The notes beneath the pieces are model-generated. The model was not told where the DNA came from. It searched no databases and worked only from the letters and a program-made list of their open reading frames with translations. Shown one piece after another: positions 11,964 to 26,593 of a stretch of DNA of 64,000 nt; position 1 is the stretch's first letter, and each line of letters begins with the position of its first letter. Origin of the DNA: Octopus sinensis (taxonomy: Eukaryota); contig NC_043003.1 of NCBI RefSeq assembly GCF_006345805.1, positions 46,872,001 through 46,936,000 on the forward strand, in the 5' to 3' direction. Both the position numbers and the translations under genes were made by a program.

Positions 11964-12262
11964 CATTGTTCAGTTTTATTTCAAGATGTCTTGCCAATAG
12001 AGATAGAACCGGTTTCTAATCTAGATCTAAGGCTCCGTCATTGGAATATCAGCATCAACAGGGCATGTATGTATGTATGTATGTAGGTATGTATGTATGT
12101 ATGTATGTATGTATATATGTATGTGTGTGTGTGTGTGTATGCGTGTGTGTGTCATTGTTCAGTTTTATTTCAAGATTTCTTGCCAATAGAGAAAGAGTCG
12201 GTTTCTAACCAAGATCCAAGGTTCCTTCATTGGAATTTCAACATCAACAGCGGTGTATTTTT
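11964..12262 (-). mobile_element. Two 3'UTR stubs (11964-12063, 12153-12262) of a (TACA)n-associated R4-like LINE
   Basis: Both match the reverse complement of the 15133-15243 stub; each is bounded by TATG/TG tracts. Confidence 0.75.
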
Positions 12263-12384
12263 GTTTGTTTGTATGTATGTATGTATGTATGTATGTATGT
12301 ATGTATGTATGTATGTATGTATGTATGTATGCATGTATACGTGAAGATTTGTTTTTGTTTATGTATGTATTCTCATGCATATAG

Positions 12385-12870
12385 TGGCATGCCTAGACAT
12401 GCTCTTATATACTTAAATATAAACTACTGGAAAGTTTTACAGATCTTTGCAGTTCCAGTGTTGGATTGGATCTGTAGTTTTCGAATTAGCTTTCTCCTTT
12501 CTGGTTTTGAGAAGCCTAATTTCTCAAGATTGGCATTTAGAGCCCCAATAATTACATGTATAAACCTGAACTTGTAATCTGGATAGAGTAACTGTAGATT
12601 TCTCTATAGTTCAGCTTAGGTATTCTCTTTGACACTGATTTTCGGCTTTACGTTAACATCCACAGGGCAGCTAATTTCCACAACCGTGCACAGTTTCTCT
12701 TCCCTATCCCAAATCATTACATCAGGTCTGTTGTGCTTACATTATATTTTCACTGGGTTATTCCACCTGTACTTTTTTTCAGTATGAGTGGCTATGGCTT
12801 CTACCACACTGTGGGTTCTTATTTCTTTGTCCTCGGGATTATCCTTCCGACGGATTTCATGAAGAACGAG
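12385..12870 (-). mobile_element. R4/Dong-like LINE, restriction-like endonuclease region (degraded)
   Basis: HEIRRK..KYRWNNPVKI*CKHNRPDVMIWDREEKLCTVVEISCP..LQLLYPDYKFRFIHVIIGAL..GTAKICK (PD-(D/E)xK RLE). Confidence 0.85.
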
Positions 12871-13649
12871 AAACTTAGACATATATAAAAATTGTAGGAT
12901 ACATTTAAGACCAAGGTAACTGACGTAAGTGGAGCGAAAATGAGCAAGGAGAAATAACTCTGTATGGCCAGTATATTCTTCAGTTATTACTTCCACCAAC
13001 TTTGCTTTACATGTATGTATATGCGGCTTTATCACAGGCTCGGTGCTCAGTATTAATTAGGTTGTAAGAGAATTGCTCTTCGCAAGTCCTTGACAACTTC
13101 CATGTAATCAGTGGCAGTAGTTTATTTACCATTTTAAAAGTTTATATTCACTTCTTTTTCTCTCTTTATTTCAAGCACACTTATACATGCACAAAAAACA
13201 CGCACAACAAACACATACACAAATTCACACTCATACACACACATATACATGTGAATGTGCGTATATATTTATATATCATATATAAATATGTATGTGTGTG
13301 CGTAAACGTGTGCGTGTATGTACGTATATTTATGTGCATGTGAGTATGTATGTATGTATGGTCATCTGTGAGGGCTCTCATTAGTGCTACTGGTGACATG
13401 GTATCCAATACAGTCTGTTGCATAGTCGGCTCTTCGGCACAACCCACCAGGCTAGCCTGTCGAAGAGGGCTGCTAGAAATCCAACCGGACTAAAAACAAG
13501 TCCTGTCAAAAGAACCAAAGTGAATCCAGTGTAGGTTTAACGACCATCTAGCAATAACATGGACACTCAAAAATTCCGGGTAAGTGTCCGACATGCTGGA
13601 AAACCACTGGGAGTGAGGAACTTCTCAGCTAATATATATTACGAGTATG

Positions 13650-13717
<68 letters not shown>

Positions 13718-13962
13718 AAATCCAAATTGAGGAAATGGAACGGGTAAAATCCAGGCTCCATATGTTTCTTAGCTAGCTGATCCTCTTATGTAATAATTAC
13801 AACAATCGGTGCTCAACTTAGCTAATCCTCAGGCCGAGAATGCCTTAATTGTTCCTGACAGTATACAATCAACTTATCATTTCTTATACCTGCCACTGAC
13901 TGATTGGAGCTTATTAATTTACTATACTTGGATCCCTGGATCTCATCCTTATATACATACAT

Positions 13963-14585
<623 letters not shown>

Positions 14586-14592
14586 ATATATA

Positions 14593-14661
<69 letters not shown>

Positions 14662-14849
14662 ACGGAAGCTATATATAGATAGATAGATAGATAGATATAG
14701 ATATAGATATAGATATAGATATAGATACATACATACATACATACATACATACATACATACATACATACATACATACATACATACATACATACATAAATTC
14801 ATACATATATACATACATATATACAATATATCAACCAAGTACCTAATGC

Positions 14850-15243
14850 ACAAAGGAGCCTGAGATGCGGGAAAAGACGTAAAATTTGGCAACTGATGCT
14901 GACTTTGTGGAGTTCACACTGAAGATATCACCCACATCATAAGCAGTTGTCCGAAAATGTCATCACGGCTTTATCGACCAATGAGACATGACGCTGTAGC
15001 TAGGACACACTATAATGAAATCCGTCGGAAGGAAATGCCAGAGGACAAAGAAATACATACATACATACATACATACATACATACATACATACATACATAC
15101 ATACATACATACATACATACATACATACATACAAAAATAGCCTGTTGTTGATGTTGAAATTCCAATGAAGGAACCTTGGATCTTGGTTAGAAGCTGGTTC
15201 TTTTTTAATTGGCAAGAAATCTTGAAATAAACTGAATAATGAC
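14850..15243 (+). mobile_element. R4-like zinc-knuckle fragment plus 3'UTR stub separated by (TACA)n
   Basis: EDITHIISSCPKMSSRLYRPMRHDAVARTHYNEIRRKEMPEDKEI, then (TACA)n, then stub 15133-15243. Confidence 0.8.
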
Positions 15244-15268
15244 ATACATACATACATACATACATACA

Positions 15269-15297
<29 letters not shown>

Positions 15298-15299
<2 letters not shown>

Positions 15300-16686
15300 G
15301 GCACAGGGAATAAAGATAGAGTGACCCAAGAATATTACAGGAAAACTCTCTTCTTACAACAAAACAATATCCCACAATGCATTTTCAGTACCAGTGCTGA
15401 TCCCAACATTTGGGATACTTGATTGGTCTGTAGAGGAAATCCACTCCATAGATATCAAAATTCGCAAAATTCTGACAACAACTGGGAACTTCCACAGAAA
15501 TGGTGATGTTGACAGACTCTACCTAAGAAGAAAATGAAGGTGGTAGAGGCCTGAGATCAGTGCAGATGGCCTTCAAACGCCATATGGTATCACTCATGCA
15601 GTAAACAACAGCAGCAAAAACAAATATATGAATGCAGTGCTAAAATGTGAAGTGAGCAACATCGTGTGAGTTGGCAGTGAGCTCCTCAAGAAGCACTCTC
15701 GCCCTGATGATCTCCGATACAGCTCCAAAACAGCTGGGCCTTCTTATCTCAAAGGAAATCTGGATGGAAAGCATTCAGCATACAAAAACAAGACTATGCG
15801 TGGGTATGTTGCCCGGAAGCTTGAAGACAATAAAATTGACTCGAAGTGCAGCCTCTCTCGGACACAAGACCATTACCTCACATCACACTTTGAAGACTAT
15901 GCGTTCGCAATCAAGGAACAGGAGATTACCACAAAATACCTGGCGAACAAGAGAGACAACGACACTTTCGTAATCCCAAGGTGCAACCGCATGTATAGGC
16001 TATGTCATGTTCCTGTGGAAGACATTTTGCATGTGATTAGCAGCTGTCCTAAAATGTCGTCATGGTTACCTCCCTATGCGACACGATGTTGTTGCCAAAA
16101 CAGTTTACAATGCCAACCGTAAAAAAAGACTGTACTGAAATAAACCTAGAAAATACCACTGCTATGGAATATATTCATAAACACCAACTCAAGGAACACT
16201 GATGGAATTTCACATCAAAACTTCTGTCAAATGTGAACATAACAGGCCAGATATTGTTGTTTGGGGCAGAGGGGTAAAGTTATGTACCATCATAGAGGTC
16301 AGCTGCACTGTAGAGATAAATATCTCTTTGAAAATCAAAGAAAACGAGGATATCTATAGACAACTGCTTCGAAACCTCCAGCTTTTATATCTCTGACTAT
16401 GAATTTATATTTATACCAATAATACTTGGAGCGCTAGGTTTTGTTTATAAATGCTTAGAGGAGAATGTGGATAAACTAGGCTTTTCAGAAAGAGATCTCG
16501 ACCGGCTAATTCGTACATTACAAGTGCAATCTGTGAGAGGAACAGTAAAAGTACGCAACACTTTTCTCAAGCTCCAAATGTGAATTTGTCTGTGTTAACC
16601 ATATTCCAAAGATGAGCCTTGTATCTTTGTTGGAAACCGGCTCCCTCCACATTGGAATAGTTAAAATAATTAAAAAATAGAAGAGA
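15298..16686 (+). mobile_element. 5'-truncated R4/Dong-like LINE embedded in (TACA)n
   Basis: LSSYNK..AFSVPVLIPTFGILDW..DVDRLYL..GGRGL; AIKEQEI; LCHVPVEDILHVISSC; HNRPDIVVW..IIEVSC; 3'UTR runs into (CA)/(TACA)n; frameshifts and stops. Confidence 0.9.
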
Positions 16687-16720
16687 TACACACACACATA
16701 TACATACATACATACATACA

Positions 16721-16752
<32 letters not shown>

Positions 16753-17366
16753 CTAAGCGTCTTTCATATAGAAATCAAGAAGTGTGAAATTAAAAGAACG
16801 CGACAGATGGTGCGTGAGTGTGTGTGTGGGCGCGTGCGCGTGCATGTGCTTGTGTGTGCGTGCGTGAGAGAGAGAGGGGGAAGAGAGAGAGGGAGAGAGT
16901 GAGAGTGACAATGACAAGCAGAGAGAAAGGCAAAAATAAGTCCGGACTTGCGCTTGTGTGTTTTGTCTTTCTCACTGATAATTTTTACACATTAGAGAAA
17001 ACGATTTTATTGATTTAGAGAAAGCAATGAATTACATCGTCCCTATTCTGTGCAATGGGGACGGATTGGGTGGATTGGGTGGGCTGAATGGACTAGGTGA
17101 ACCGGCTGGATGGAGTGGTGACAAGAAGACTCTTCTCCTTTGGGAAAAGAAAGTTTACGATAGTTGTAATCGATCTTTCGTTTGGATATTGTTTTTGTAA
17201 TGAGAAATATATTGAGTGGAAGTGGAGTGGGGAAAAGAAGGCGCGATTAAGCGATTAACACGTGTAAAAGAGCGCGAAAGAGAGAAGGGAGAGAGTAAAG
17301 AGCAATATACAGGGTCCGCCAGAAAAATGTTTACACACGTCAAGAACAGAAAAACGTGTAGAAATA

Positions 17367-17930
17367 TTGGGTTGTCCGGAAAGTTCGTGCCGATTTATAG
17401 CAGCTTACCTTTCGACTTATTTTAGAACATGGTTGAATCCATAAAATAGGATTTGACTACACCTCCATTTAGAGCACAGTTTAAGCTATCTTTTCGTAGA
17501 AGAAGATTTATGTTCCTATAACCTGTGTTAATTCTGTAACCCTTTAAAATGGAAGATAAGAAAGTTCATTTTCAGCACTTGATGCTTTGGGAACCAGACA
17601 AAAATTGCTGCAGCTTGGCTGGGATGTGTTACCCCACCCTCCATATTCACCAGATATTGCTCCTTTGGATTTCCACTTATTCAGGTCTCTGCAGAATAGT
17701 CTTAATGGTAAAAATTTCAGTTCTTTGGATGACGTAAAAAGATACCTTAATGAATTCTTTGCTTTGAAACCACCTCAATTCTGGGAAGAGGGTATTTTAA
17801 GTTAAAGGAAAGATGGAGACACATTGTGCAACAAAATGGTTCATATTTGGTTGATTAAAAAGGTAAAGGCAAGTAATTATTGACCTTTACTTTCCTTTAA
17901 AAATCGGCAATAGCTTTCCGGACAACCCAA
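17367..17930 (+). mobile_element. Internally deleted mariner element
   Basis: TIRs ttgggttgtccggaaag..gccgattt / aaatcggc..ctttccggacaacccaa, TA duplication. MEDKKVHFQHLMLW fused to TRQKLLQLGWDVLPHPPYSPDIAPLDFHLFRSLQN. Confidence 0.95.
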
Positions 17931-18196
17931 TATTTTAATACTAAATTTATTCAGACATCACGCTATTAATACAAGTTACCTTTAACTTCTACCATTTCAA
18001 AAGTTGCTGAGAGTAGTGGTCATTAGCTTCCAGGTACTTATTATTCGGCGAACTGCTACGTGGGCAACGTTGGCCAAAATGTATAGTGGGATTGCTGCAC
18101 ATACCGTTTCAATTTCTTGCCGAAGGGCTGTCTGTGTAGCAGTTTGTCTACTATGCACGACATCGTTTAAAGTGCCCCATAAATGAAAGTCTGCAA

Positions 18197-18361
18197 GTAG
18201 GCGTAGGAGTGGCTGTGTGGTAAGTAGCTTGTTTACCAACCACATGGTTCCGGATTCAGTCCCAATGCGTGGTACCTTGGGCAAGTGTCTTCTACTATCG
18301 CCTCGGGTCGACCAAAGCCTCGTGAGTGGATTTGGTAGACGGGAACTGAAAGAAGCCCGTC

Positions 18362-18426
<65 letters not shown>

Positions 18427-18686
18427 CGTGCGTGTGTGCGTGTGTGTGTGTATGTGCGTGTGTGTGTGTGCGTGTGTGTGTGTGTGTGTGTATGAGTGTG
18501 TGTATGTTTGTGTGTCTGTGTTCGTCCCCCAGCATCGCTTGACAACCGATGCTGGTGTGTTTACGTCCCCGAAACTTAGCGGTCCGGCAAAAGAATAAAA
18601 AGAATAGACCGATTTGCTCGACTAAAGGCGGTGCTCCAGCATGGCCACAGTCAAATGACTAAAACAACTAAAAGAGTAAAAGAGTA
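18197..18686 (+). mobile_element. SINE family A, full length
   Basis: gtaggcgtaggagtggctgtgtggtaag head, (TG)n centre, tail ..cagcatggccacagtcaaatgact..aaaagagtaaaagagta. Confidence 0.95.
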
Positions 18687-19092
18687 AGCGTTAAATCAGG
18701 GTACTCAACTGTACGTCTTCAGCCTGTCCGGTATCCTTGCAAATTCTCATCCAGGTTAGATCGCAAGACTCGACAGCAATGTGGCGGTGCGCCGTTTTGT
18801 TGAAACAGACATTCATCATTTACAAAAACGCATGTATGGCAGGTACAAAAGACGTGCGTAGCAAATCTAAGCACGCTTGACCAGTAATAGTACCTTCAAA
18901 GAAAAATGGTCCTGTTTAAACTCTTGATGACACTCCGTACCAGACATTGACCCAGCCGGAAAATAGACCGTTTTTAGAAAAGCCCAACAAAAACAAAAAT
19001 ATTAATAGCGTGATGTCTGAATAAAATTAGTATTTATGTGTTTCTACACGTTTTTTCTTTCCCTGAAGTGTGTAAACACTTTTTTTGCGCGG

Positions 19093-19143
<51 letters not shown>

Positions 19144-21339
19144 GAAGAGATAGACAGTTCAGTAGAGATAGGCTGACAGACAGACAGACAGACAGGAAGA
19201 TGATACGAAAGACCCGAAAGAAAATGGAATTAAAAGCTGTAGTTTAACCATTGATCAATTCTGATTAAGCGGAGCTGTCATCATAAGTATTCCAATCGTA
19301 GCCATTTGTCTTTTATGAGGCATGGTAAACCTCGAGCTACACAATCCAATGTGTCCTTCCATTTTTCCGAGGCAGCAGTGTGCTATTAGAGGAAGATTTC
19401 GCTGTTGTTTATAGCAGGGCGAACGACCACATACAGGCTTTTGTGAACTAGTACTTTAAAAAATGTGTTCCATCTGTGACCATCCTAATGATTATTGAGG
19501 GGTGGTATATCGAGGCTAACATTATCTAATGTGTTTAAGATGGTAGGATGTAATTTAAGGGAGATCCGGTCGCTGCTTCAATGTCAGGCGAGAGTATAGA
19601 TGTATAGAGACCCTGTTATAGAAAATACCGGTAATGACAGTATGTGTTATCTGGTAAAATGAAAGTGAAGGCGTATGGCTTTGTGGTTTGGATGTTGTAG
19701 ATGTTTCTCTCACGATCGTGGGTTCGATTCCCAGACTAGGCAGTACATAATACTCTTGAACCAAACACTTTATTTCGAGTCACTCCAGTCCACCCAGTTG
19801 TAAACGAGTGACCCTGCAACAGACTGTCATCCTGTTCAGAAAGAATGGTTTGATCTCGATCACTTATACGCCAGGGAAATCGAGTCACTGGCCCTAGGAC
19901 TCGAGGCAGTAGTGTCCAGGGGAATTACTTGACTTTTTAGGAAAATCAATATACAAGTTACATTACTGTATATTGTTGGATCTCAATCTCTTTGCAATCA
20001 GCTTGGATTTGGGGATTCATGTCCCCTACGTCCCTTAACAAAACTTATTAAAACTATAACGGCTGTTGGTTTTGAGTTTTGTTTAAATTAATTGTGGCTG
20101 GTTCACCTTGATGAATAATGTAAGTCATCATTATGAGTGCAATTTCCTTTCATTGCCAATATTATTCTTTTCATCACTACACTAAGTATGCTTACCCGCC
20201 CCTCCTCCACTTTAGTAAACTATTTAGCATCTGTTGCAACCAAACATATATGAGTATTTCAAATTAACACTGGTCCAATCAATAAATTACTGATACGTTA
20301 ATAGTGTCTTGTATTTTGAATTATTGCTATATTGTATTGCAGAATACATCTATAGATTTAGAATGCTCTATATTATATATACAAAGTGATTAATCCAATT
20401 TTTTAAATCACATGGCACTAGCGAGTTTCTACGCAGATTCTTTGCTAAAAGTACATCGAAAATTAAACAGAACATTTTAGGGTGAAATGATAAAACATAA
20501 AATTGTGATAATCTTAGGTTAAAATAGCACAATATATACGTAAATAGAAAAAATAGTTGCTTAATGTTGTCGAAACTGCCGATTATTTTCCTTCCTCTGG
20601 TGTAGTTCAAATCAAAACGAGTTGATTTTTAATTCTCGTAAATCAAATTTTCAGAATAATTTTTCTTAATTCTGTCACATACCCTAAGTATATTTATTTA
20701 TATACTCATTTCAGACAAGTTTAAAAATTAACAGTTTAACTAGGTAATTCTATTAGAAATCCCTACTATATAGTTGCAGACAAATCTTCTTACTTACCAC
20801 TTCTACCGAAAATTCCTTGCACATTGAATTCATGCAAGAGAAGTTCTAAACTTTCTTTTCCACTTCAGTAATCTCTTCGGATGGTTAATGAGTTGGATGT
20901 GATACTGAAGAAGGAACAAGAAGTCCTGAAATATGCATATACACCAATTACCTATTTTTCTATCTGCAATCACTGTGTTTGCATAGACGTATTCGTAACT
21001 TCCAGTGCTGATTCTTGTTTCTATAGAAAATCTCTAAAGATCACTTTAAAAAATGATTGAATAGCACTGCTAACACAGGTATGACACAGTAGTGAGTTTA
21101 TACGCAGATTCTTTACTGATAGTTAAAGAGGGTACTCAGTTGTCAATGAAATCCCAACGCAGGATTGAAACTAGTTCGTCAAGATATTATATAGAAAGAC
21201 ATGGTGTTTACATGTTGCTTCAACGTGTCTAATATACTTTGTAGTATGTCATGGTTGCATAACGAAATTCGGTGTCCCTACCAGCAATTAACACTTATAA
21301 TTATCAAGTACGCAAATCTTTCCCATCGTTCCAACGTAT

Positions 21340-21880
21340 CATGGTAGCTGGCCTTGACAATATTCCCTTCCATTGTCCTTAAACAGTTTTGTTCCAAAAC
21401 TACTTACCCTTCTTTCTAGAGGTATGCTGCAGTGTGTTCCACTCCAATAAGAACAACCTTTATAAAGCCAAATGATACCAATCTATCGCTCTCACATTCA
21501 ACAACTCGAAGATAATGGAAACAGTTGTAAATTATAATAATTTTGACCACATTTCATTTCTTAGGTACCACCATTATGCTTTTCTGCAGAGCCAGATATA
21601 CTGGAGTGTTTCTTCTTTATCGATCTCCCATGATCCTTTGCCACTGAGAATTCCGGCAAAAACAATGATGTTGTACCTAACACCTATAAAGCATTCGATT
21701 GTGCTTAGCATGGGAATCATCTCAGTTGCTCTTTGCCTCTTATATAACTTTTATGTCAAGCCACACCATTCAGCGTGCACTGGCGTTGTTCTCTTTAAAT
21801 CAGTCTATCAACACTTTCGGGTTCCTATTTTCTTGCTCACACTACTACCTCTATGCGTTAAAGACGTACCTGCTGTCCAT
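21340..21880 (+). pseudogene. Old degraded Jockey/CR1-type reverse transcriptase fragment
   Basis: Across frameshifts: DNIPSIVLK..SKIMETVVN..HHYAF..YTG..KAFDCA*HG, resembling RT motifs GIPAIVLK/SKVMETIIN/HQYGFR/SKAFDRVWH. Confidence 0.55.
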
Positions 21881-21923
21881 TAAATGCCCATTTGAGACTA
21901 AACGACAACAACAACAACATAAA

Positions 21924-22339
21924 ATCTCTTACTCTTTACTCTTTTACTCTTTTACTTGTTTCAGTCATTTGACTGCGGCCATGCTGGAGCACCGCCTTTA
22001 ATCGAGCAACTCGACCCCGGGACTTATTCTTTTGTAAGCCCAGTACTTATTTTATCGGTCTCTTTTGCCGAACCGCTAAGTAACGGGGACATAAACACAC
22101 CAGCATCGGTTGTCAAGCAATGCTAGGGGGACAAACACAGACACACAAACACACACGCATATATATATATACATATATACGACGGGCTTCCTTTCAGTTT
22201 CCGTCTACCAAATCCACTCACAAGGCTTTGGTCGGCCCGAGACTATAGTAGAAGACACTTGCCCAAGATGCCACGCAGTGGGACTGAACCCGAAACCATG
22301 TGGTTGGTAAACAAGCTACTTCCCACACAGCCACTCCTT
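21924..22339 (-). mobile_element. SINE family A, full length
   Basis: Same head, central tract and tail as the 18197 copy. Confidence 0.95.
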
Positions 22340-22830
22340 GTTACCAATCTTTGAGGAAAGCCCTGCTGCCGGAACTTAATCTATCTTTTACGAAGCAGAG
22401 CGACTCCTTGAATGATAATGGATGTTTTTCAGCCACTTCACGATTATTTGTTCTCAGCGTTAATAACTAAGACCATTAATTACAGATTATTATTTGCTGC
22501 CAACTCAGGTGAGCTGTAAACCTAATTATATTGTACATATTTACAGTTTTAGAAAGTGAATATCACTGATGGTAGGCTTTTCCTTGTTATGGATAACCGA
22601 GGGTTGAATACCAACAACTGCAACAACAACAAAAACAGGAAGAATCCATTTGCAAATTATCAGAATGCTAAATGAAAAATATGTGTCGTGACATAAAAAC
22701 AAGTATTATCCATTAACTTATATTACTTTCAATCGGTCTTATCATATCTCCGCATTGATGTCACCGTGCTTACCGAAGCAGGAATAAGAAAATCACAAAG
22801 TAAATATAGAAAGAAAGGATGCCACTGACA

Positions 22831-23232
22831 TACTCTCTTTTACTTGTTTCAGTCATTTGACTGCGGCCATGCTGGAACACCGCCTTTAGTCGAGCAAATC
22901 GACCCCACGACTTATTCTTTGTAAGCCTAGTACTTATTCTATCGGTCTCTTTTGCCGAGCCGCTAAGTTACAGGGACGTAAACACACTAGCATCGGTTGT
23001 CAAGCAATGTTGGGGAGACAAACACAGACACACAAGCATATACACACACATACATATATATATACATATATACGACGGGCTTCTTTCAGTTTCCGCCTAC
23101 GAAATCCACTCACAAGGCTTTGGTCGGCCCGAGGTTTTAGTAGAAGACACTTGCCCAAGGTGCCACGCAGTGGGACTGAACCTGGAACCATGTGGTTGGT
23201 AAGCAAGCTACTTACCACACAGCCACTCCTAT
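22831..23232 (-). mobile_element. SINE family A, full length
   Basis: Same family, tandem orientation with the 21924 copy. Confidence 0.95.
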
Positions 23233-23949
23233 GAATATAAAATAAAGACAACAATGAGATAAGACCTTGTGTTCTTTCTCTAACAACAATGCCAGCTTTG
23301 GATACCGAAGAAATATATAGGACAGAGAAAATATTATTCAGATTGAGATTTGAAAAGGCTAAGTTTTAAAAATGCTGTGATGTAAAATACAGTGTGGCTA
23401 TCTTTGTTTATCACTAATTCCACCATGACTGCTCTGTAATACCATGATACGCGTATTGTAAATCGTGTTACGCTTATCAGGAATCGATCTGTGATAACAT
23501 GGGTCGGTGATCAGTCAAAGATTCTGATTTTACGACAAAAGTGCGCCCCAGTGACCAGCTACAATGCTCAAGACATCCTGGGATCTCGCAAAGAAACATA
23601 TTTTTCCCATATGTTCTGTTAATTATTCATTTATCGCTGATTCATTTAACACGGTGCATTTTTTTTATTCATGATAAACAAACATAGATGTATTAGTCAC
23701 TGACTTGTGTTATTTCAGTTTTTCAGTAAGGGACATAACTCTTTGCATATTTCAGTTTTATTAGATCTTCTCGGTACAGCGTAGATTCCACTCTACTTTC
23801 AGAAATAGTGATGAGATAATAACTAAGTAAACATACAATAATGTATATTTGTAGGCATATATCAATAAAAATATCCAAACGAGAAATTACTCTTGGACTT
23901 CATCCGGAAGGCAAAACAATAGTTAAGTTAGTATTAACATATTTAATAC

Positions 23950-24230
23950 AGGAAACATCAAAACGCTAATACAGACAAAGAGATGTCCAATGAATACGGA
24001 TCACTGATAATAATGAGATGAGAACTACAGATATTTCGATGAAGAAGACGATATTCTAATGATAATATCAGATTTGGATCTCGAAGACAACATAAGACAG
24101 GGGAAATAGCTTGTCGCAGATTTGATAGTCGCAGTTAAAAGTTAACCAAATAAATCAATTTAAGCGAACAGAAGGTGCATTGACTCAGATAATCATGTAC
24201 TCAGGATCGATACAATCAACTACAATCTGT
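23950..24230 (+). pseudogene. Possible very old LINE RT remnant
   Basis: NIRQG/NSLSQ..LIVAV across a frameshift resembles GIRQGDSLSPLLF; weak. Confidence 0.3.
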
Positions 24231-24509
24231 TACCAGTAACGGTACATGTGACATCAACTAATTTATTAGTCGACTAACATAGCTAGCTGGGTGAGACGCT
24301 TAACTCCTTACACATGCTATGCAAACTTCCTCTACTTCCATTTAAAGATACATCCTTTTTATAAGATCGAACTTAAAAAAAAAATATATATGCTTTACAG
24401 ATGAATTAATTAGTACCAATGCTAAGATTTTGATACAAACTAATCCCAAGACACAGTCTTCGTTGATATAGCAATAATAATGATGATAATAATAATAATA
24501 ATAATAATA

Positions 24510-24563
<54 letters not shown>

Positions 24564-24624
24564 TACTCTCTATGTAATCTCAAGGTTTAAAACAAACATA
24601 ATTTTCGGTTTAAAAAAAAAAAAA

Positions 24625-24795
24625 AAAAACACCTTTTTTTTTTTAGACATTCATTAGTACAACATCCCCACCCCCCAAATATATGGCACACTAGGCATAA
24701 CAACAACATGAATTTCCAACCCTGTTGTCTCTTGAGGTCTCTGGGTGAGACTTGGAGCCAACTTGTACAAATATAAAGCAAAAGTCAAACATAGA
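24625..24795 (+). mobile_element. 3' stub of a (TAA)n-associated LINE
   Basis: Non-coding stub between two (TAA)n tracts ending aaagtcaaacataga(ATA)n, like the 3' ends of neighbouring R4/Dong copies. Confidence 0.5.
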
Positions 24796-24820
24796 ATAAT
24801 AATAATAATAATAATAATAA

Positions 24821-26430
24821 TAGGAGAATAAACATAATAAAAGGTGACTCGTTTTCTCCGTTACTTTTTGTAATTACACTAATACCCATAACAATGACAC
24901 TTAGGAAAGTTAAGATGGGTTACCGATGTGGGAAGAAAGGCCCATCATAGAACCATCTTCTGTTTATGGATGACCTGAAATTGTTTTAGAATTCTGAAAA
25001 ACAGATAGATTCCTTAACCAAAAGAGTCCAGAAGTGTGGCAGGGACATCGGTATAGAATTTAGGATTACCAAATGCTCAGTACTTAATATGAAAAGAGGG
25101 AAGAAAGCAGCTTGCTGAGAATTGCTGTTACCATCAGGAGAGACCATGGGTGAACCCGACGGTAGTGGGTATAGATATTTAGGGATTTTGGAGCTGGATG
25201 ACATTCTCCGCAGAGAAATCACAGTCAAGATCAGCGAGGCGTATCAAAAAAGGGTGAAGATGGTGTTGAAATCCGACCTGAATGCCAAAATTTTGATTAC
25301 CGTAATGAATATCTGGGCAGTTGCAGTGGTCAGATATAGTGCGTCCATCCTCAAATGGACTTAGGAGGAAATATTAATATTGGTTAGAAGGAAGAGAAAG
25401 TTGATGATGCTGCAAGGGGCGCTACACTGTAAAGCAAACGTAAACAGACTGTATATGAAAAGAAAGAATTGTGGCAGAGTACTACTTAGTATAAACCATT
25501 GTATAAGGAATGAAAGGAGAACGCTTGCCGAGTATTTGATAAATAGTGATGAAGATCTGCTGCAATATACTGCGAAAGATATGGGTGCAAATGCAGATGA
25601 AATGATGGGCAAGAGAGAGTTTAACCAAAGAGCTGAGGAGAAGAGAAAAGAAGACCTTCTTGAAATGAGAATGCATGGACAGTTTGAAAGGAATACACAG
25701 GACATTAAGGATAATACAGCATATCTTGGGCGAGATGATTTGGAGCGTACCACCGAAAACCTGATCATTACTGCACAAGACTAAGCTCTCGATACCAATT
25801 CAGTGAAGTATAACATCTATAAAACTTCTGACACCCAGAAATGCACAAAAAGAATACAAGCGCCGCCACGATAAAGTGTGTGTATATCTTCATTGGCTCT
25901 TATGCCGTAAATGCCAATATGAAATAACAGAAAACTGGTATGAGCATGTTCCAAGTAAAGTTATGCTGGAGAATGGGAAACTAACGATACTCTGGGACTA
26001 TGATTTTCAGACGAATCGTGTAATCGAACACCGTCGCCGGATGTTGTCATATTGAATAAGACAGACAAATACTGTCAGATCATTGATTTAGTCATACCAA
26101 ATGACATGAATGTTGTGAGTAAAGAGGTTGAAAAAAAAACACCAAGTACTCCGAATTGAAAGTGGAAATGGCAAGATTGTACGGAATGCGAGAGGGCAAT
26201 ATAAAAGTTATACCAGTGGTGATCGGAGTGTTGGGCTCAATCCCATTGAAACTTCAGTACTTCTTAAGGCAACTGGAAATCCGATGCAAGACTGATGTCT
26301 TGCAAAAGGGAGCCTTATTGGGTACAGCGAACATCTTAAGGAAAGTATTATCTGTTTGAGGTCGTTGTTGTGACTTGACAGATAACTAAAGACTCCGGTG
26401 CATTTTTACCTACACTGTTTTACGAAAGAA
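24821..26430 (+). mobile_element. 5'-truncated R4/Dong-like LINE (subfamily 2) in (TAA)n
   Basis: GDSFSPLLFVI..NHLLFMDDLKLF..YRYLGILE..MHGQF..LIITAQD..RRHD..VIPVVIGVLG..LQKGALLGTANILRKVL*, short 3'UTR, then (TAA)n. Confidence 0.92.
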
Positions 26431-26435
26431 TAATG

Positions 26436-26515
<80 letters not shown>

Positions 26516-26593
26516 AAGAAGAAGAAGAAGAAGAGAAGAAGAAGAAGAAGAAGAAGAAGAAGAAGAAGAAGAAGAAGAATAACAATAATAATA
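26431..26593. repeat. (AAT)n/(AAG)n compound microsatellite
   Basis: Direct reading. Confidence 0.95.

Larger units (their letters stand above)
17310..19096 (-). mobile_element. Tc1/mariner-superfamily deletion derivative with ~100-bp TIRs (host of two nested insertions)
   Basis: Left TIR 17310-17366 + 17933-17972 matches right TIR ~19001-19096. Minus-strand [33 protein letters not shown], split by a SINE. Confidence 0.75.

Noticed and set aside
13450-13485. CTGTCGAAGAG..GAAA resembling the HH-A core
   Set aside because: No convincing stem I, II or III.
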